DNA of 64,000 nt from Calditrichia bacterium. Its GTDB lineage: Bacteria > Calditrichota > Calditrichia > JAJRVZ01. The position numbers and the translations under genes are program-made. The stretch lies in the NCBI GenBank assembly GCA_963796965.1, contig CAWCNS010000007.1, positions 480,001 to 544,000 of the forward strand, read 5' to 3'. Each line of letters opens with the position of its first letter. The stretch's first letter is position 1. Shown here piece by piece: positions 60,948 through 64,000 of this stretch. The notes below the pieces were generated by a model. It searched no databases and was not told the origin of the DNA. It was given only the letters and a program-made list of their open reading frames with translations.

Positions 60948-62306
60948 TTAATTATTAAACATTATATGCATCGCAACGTTACCAGCCGCTTTTAATAACG
61001 GATATGCTGCCGGCGAAGCTGTAAGTAAGGGATGTGTTCCGATTTGCGCTGTTAAGATTGAATTAATATCCATTCTGTTCTGAATAATAAATCCGAGGGT
61101 ATTGGTTAATTCCCCTATGGTTAATCCACCAACGATCTCACCACCCAGAATGATACCGCTCTCTCTTCCCACAATAAGTTTTACTGTCTGCACTTTTGTA
61201 CCGGGAAGCGATCCGGGATGTTTATCCATACCGCTAAAATCACCGGTAATAATATCAAATCCTTCCTCTCTGGCTCTTGATTCCGTTAGCCCGGCCACAC
61301 CAAAACCTGTGTCGCCGATAGCCGTGGAAAAAATTGAGATAGTTCCACTAAATGTTTTCACTGCGGATAATTGGAATAAATTCATCCCCGCTATTCTCGC
61401 TTCAGCACAGGCAGTGGAAGCCAGCATGGACATGTTGGGTTTTCTGGTTACAAAATCCCTTTTCTCGGCGCAGTCTCCGATTGCGAATATATCCGGATTT
61501 TCTGTCCTCATATATTCATCCACTTTAATATAACCCTGTGGATTGATAGCTAATCCCGCTTCTTCCGCTAACTTGGTATTGGGATAATACCCCATTGCTA
61601 AGATAACTACATCGGCTTCTATCCTTTCACCGTCATTAAGCAGAACGCCTTTAGTTTTTTTATCGCCTAAGATTTCTTTGGCACCCACACCACTTTTTAT
61701 GTTGACCCCTCTCTCTTTCAGTATATCTTCTGCCTTAATTGCAAATTCCTCATCAAAAGCCAGTTCTAAAACATGGGGTAAAATTTCTACCAATGTAACC
61801 TCTTTACCTGCTTTGGTTAATTCATCGGAAAGTTCCACACCTATAAAACCACCACCAATTACAATGATCTTTTTATACTTATAGATCTTCTGCTGCATTT
61901 CATCCAGATAGATTTTATCTTTAGGGACAGTAAAAACATTATCCAAATCCGCGCCCTTTAACCAGGTCGGGGCAGAAGGCGTTGAACCGGTAGCTAGTAC
62001 AAGTTTCTCATATCCCATTTCTTTCCCGTCCTTTAACGTACAGATCTTATTCTCACAATCAATTGAGACAACTTCACCGATTTTTAGATTGACTCCACCA
62101 TTTTCAAACATTTTATCAGATGGCAATATATCATTTTCTGTATTTTCTACAGAACCGAACACATATGGAATACCGCAAGGTACAAGTGTTTTTTTTTCTT
62201 TTCTTATGACCGTAATTTTTTTATCTGCATAAACTCTTTTGCCTGCTAATGCAGCTACCAGACCGGCAGCGCTGCTTCCGATGACCAATACGTCTGTATG
62301 TTCCAT
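60948..62306 (-). CDS. FAD-dependent pyridine nucleotide-disulfide oxidoreductase (CoA-disulfide reductase/NADH oxidase-like)
   Basis: VIGSSAAG, PCGIPY (single redox Cys), LATGS, IGGGFIGVE, IFAIGDC and HPLLT; start MEHTD with GGGAG RBS. Confidence 0.9.
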   Translation of the reverse strand: MEHTDVLVIGSSAAGLVAALAGKRVYADKKITVIRKEKKTLVPCGIPYVFGSVENTENDILPSDKMFENGGVNLKIGEVVSIDCENKICTLKDGKEMGYEKLVLATGSTPSAPTWLKGADLDNVFTVPKDKIYLDEMQQKIYKYKKIIVIGGGFIGVELSDELTKAGKEVTLVEILPHVLELAFDEEFAIKAEDILKERGVNIKSGVGAKEILGDKKTKGVLLNDGERIEADVVILAMGYYPNTKLAEEAGLAINPQGYIKVDEYMRTENPDIFAIGDCAEKRDFVTRKPNMSMLASTACAEARIAGMNLFQLSAVKTFSGTISIFSTAIGDTGFGVAGLTESRAREEGFDIITGDFSGMDKHPGSLPGTKVQTVKLIVGRESGIILGGEIVGGLTIGELTNTLGFIIQNRMDINSILTAQIGTHPLLTASPAAYPLLKAAGNVAMHIMFNN

Positions 62307-62346
62307 TTCTTCTCCCTTAATAAAAAGATTATACACTTATTACTAT

Positions 62347-62363
62347 CGCAAAAAACACGCCAA
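62347..62363 (-). promoter_or_regulatory. Sigma-54 (-24/-12) promoter for the oxidoreductase-ferritin-USP unit
   Basis: Minus strand TTGGCGTGTTTTTTGCG = GG-N10-GC, about 40 bp before the ATG. Confidence 0.75.
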
Positions 62364-62427
62364 GAATGAATATAGCGTTATATCTATAAATAATATATAG
62401 TTAAGAGAAGTGGTAGGTACATTAATA

Positions 62428-62473
62428 TTGCATAAATGCAATTGATCAGATCTAGTTAATTGCGAAATCGCAC
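62428..62473. promoter_or_regulatory. Putative enhancer boxes (TTGCA-N4-TGCAA)
   Basis: TTGCATAAATGCAA (62428-62441) and TTGCGAAATCGCAC (62460-62473). Confidence 0.62.
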
Positions 62474-62509
62474 AAATAATGAAAGATTGCATCAGGATAC
62501 ACAATAGTA

Positions 62510-62560
62510 TTGCAAAAATTAAAATCAAAAATTATATTATACTACTTTTGTATAGTTATA
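62510..62560 (+). promoter_or_regulatory. Putative sigma-70 promoter of rrf2-cydA with an adjacent imperfect palindrome
   Basis: TTGCAA (62510-62515), 17 bp, TATATT (62533-62538); followed by TATACTA...TAGTTATA. Confidence 0.4.
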
Positions 62561-62577
62561 CATTTTCAGTATAGGTT

Positions 62578-63028
62578 ATGAACAGTTTAATCACACGTGA
62601 ATATGACTATGCCATACGGATTTGTGCCTACCTGGCCGGGAAAAAAGATCAGGGACCTGTTTCTATTTTCCAGATCTCACAAAAACTGTTTATAACCCGC
62701 CCTTTTGCTACCAAAATCGTCTACCGTTTAAAACAACACAGCATTCTCACTACAACACAAGGTAAAGACGGAGGTGTATCCCTTAATGCTAATCCAGAAA
62801 CTCTCTCTGTCTATAACATTCTTAGAGTCTATGGGGTATGACAACCCCATTAACGAATGTCTAAATATTCCAGGTTTTTGCCCGCTTATAAAAACCTGCA
62901 AAATTCATTCATTTTTTGTAGAACAAGAAGAAATATTGTTACAAAGTTTTAAAAATAAAATGATAAGGGATTTTGTGATCCATGAATCTGATCTGATAGA
63001 GAATACAAGATCAGCACCAACAACCTGA
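62578..63028 (+). CDS. Rrf2 family transcriptional regulator with three Cys (Fe-S type), frameshift near 62822
   Basis: ITREYDYAIR, QGKDGG wing, then INECLNIPGFCPLIKTCKIH in the next frame. Confidence 0.85.
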
Positions 63029-63052
63029 ACAAAGACTATTAAAGGAGGGACT

Positions 63053-64000
63053 ATGGACGTACTGCTTCTCTCTCGATTACAATTTACAATTACAACTGTT
63101 TTTCACTTTTTTTATGTGCCCCTTACCCTTGGATTATCGATTTTTGTTGCAATCCTGGAGACAATGTATGTCCGTACCGGGAACGAAAAATACAAACGGA
63201 TGACAAAATTCTGGGGCAAACTTTTTCTTATTAATTTTGCAATTGGTGTTGTCACAGGTATTGTTCAGGAATTTCAGTTTGGAATGAACTGGTCTGAATA
63301 TTCCAGGTTTGTAGGGGATATATTTGGGGCGCCTCTTGCCATTGAAGCACTCCTGGCATTTTTCCTCGAATCGACTTTTCTGGGTATATGGATATTTGGC
63401 TGGGAAAAACTCTCAAAAGGTTTACATGCTGCTGCAATTTGGCTGGTGGCCATCGGATCAAATCTCTCCGCTCTCTGGATTTTAGTGGCCAACTCTTTTA
63501 TGCAGCAGCCGGTTGGCTATATCATTAACAATGGACGAGCGGAAATGGTAGACTTTTTTGCCCTTTTATTGAATGGACATGTTTGGGTACAATTTCCACA
63601 TGTCTTTTTTACCGGCATTGCCACAGCTGCCTTTTTTGTCATCGGTATCAGTGCCTATCATCTCTGGAAGAAAAGCAAAAATATTGAAGATTACCAGTCA
63701 TCGTTTAAGATGGGAGTGATTTACGGTTTGATCGGAACCATCATGGTGATACTGGTGGGTCATGATCAGGCACAATATATGTTTAAAATCCAACCAATGA
63801 AAATGGCCGCAGCTGAAGCCTTGTGGGATAGCGAAGAGCCGGCTGCCATGTCCTTATTTACTATCGGGGACGAAAAGAACAGAGAAGATGTATTTGCCAT
63901 CAGGGTCCCCTACCTTCTTAGCATTCTTGCTCACAACTCAATCTCCGGAGAGGTAAAAGGGATCAATAACCTGCAGGAAGAATACGAATCGACTTATGGA
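63053..64000 (+). CDS. cydA: Cytochrome bd ubiquinol oxidase subunit I (runs off the window end)
   Basis: LSRLQF...FHFFYVPLTLG, GVVTGIVQEFQFGMNWSEYSRFVGDIFG, EALLAFFLESTF, ANSFMQ and QPMKMAAAE; GGAGG RBS. Absent from the ORF track because it has no stop in the window. Confidence 0.95.
   Translation, partial: MDVLLLSRLQFTITTVFHFFYVPLTLGLSIFVAILETMYVRTGNEKYKRMTKFWGKLFLINFAIGVVTGIVQEFQFGMNWSEYSRFVGDIFGAPLAIEALLAFFLESTFLGIWIFGWEKLSKGLHAAAIWLVAIGSNLSALWILVANSFMQQPVGYIINNGRAEMVDFFALLLNGHVWVQFPHVFFTGIATAAFFVIGISAYHLWKKSKNIEDYQSSFKMGVIYGLIGTIMVILVGHDQAQYMFKIQPMKMAAAEALWDSEEPAAMSLFTIGDEKNREDVFAIRVPYLLSILAHNSISGEVKGINNLQEEYESTYG

Noticed and set aside
366..63492. Numerous 60-190 aa ORFs antisense to or overlapping the called genes
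   Set aside because: They lack recognisable motifs and RBSs and are explained as shadow frames of well-supported genes.

Overview
AT-rich bacterial chromosomal segment, probably from a Calditrichota/KSB1/FCB-related lineage (inferred from the 'LEQNYPNPFNP' C-terminal sorting domain, PEGA kinase, GH106/GH62/DUF1080 content). At least 16 otherwise intact genes carry isolated 1-bp frameshifts, which points to an unpolished long-read assembly rather than real decay. Left part: a selenocysteine peroxiredoxin (in-frame UGA plus a SECIS-like hairpin), metA-metY, a HAD/PfkB/UroD-like/RhaT sugar operon, a Ser/Thr kinase-PEGA + TPR + 1590-aa adhesin operon and a hybrid histidine kinase. Middle: assorted single genes, carbohydrate enzymes (Tat-exported Gfo/Idh/MocA, DUF1080, esterase, GH62-like, GH106) and an MCE/Mla ABC operon. 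Right ~13 kb: a redox/metal island built around a PAS-PAS sigma-54 activator. Three minus-strand transcription units there share a -24/-12 promoter and two TTGCA-N4-TGCAA boxes, the first starting 67-68 bp from the promoter GG in all three cases. This candidate regulon (radical SAM, CGGC, ferredoxins, MamS/MamX-like protein, DUF5320, CoA-disulfide-reductase-like enzyme, ferritin-like protein, USP) is the most notable signal. It faces a divergent Rrf2-cydA unit. Intergenic spaces hold at least five families of small palindromic or heptamer repeats, some nested in each other, including a 149-bp MITE-like element. No rRNA, tRNA, CRISPR array or transposase gene was found.
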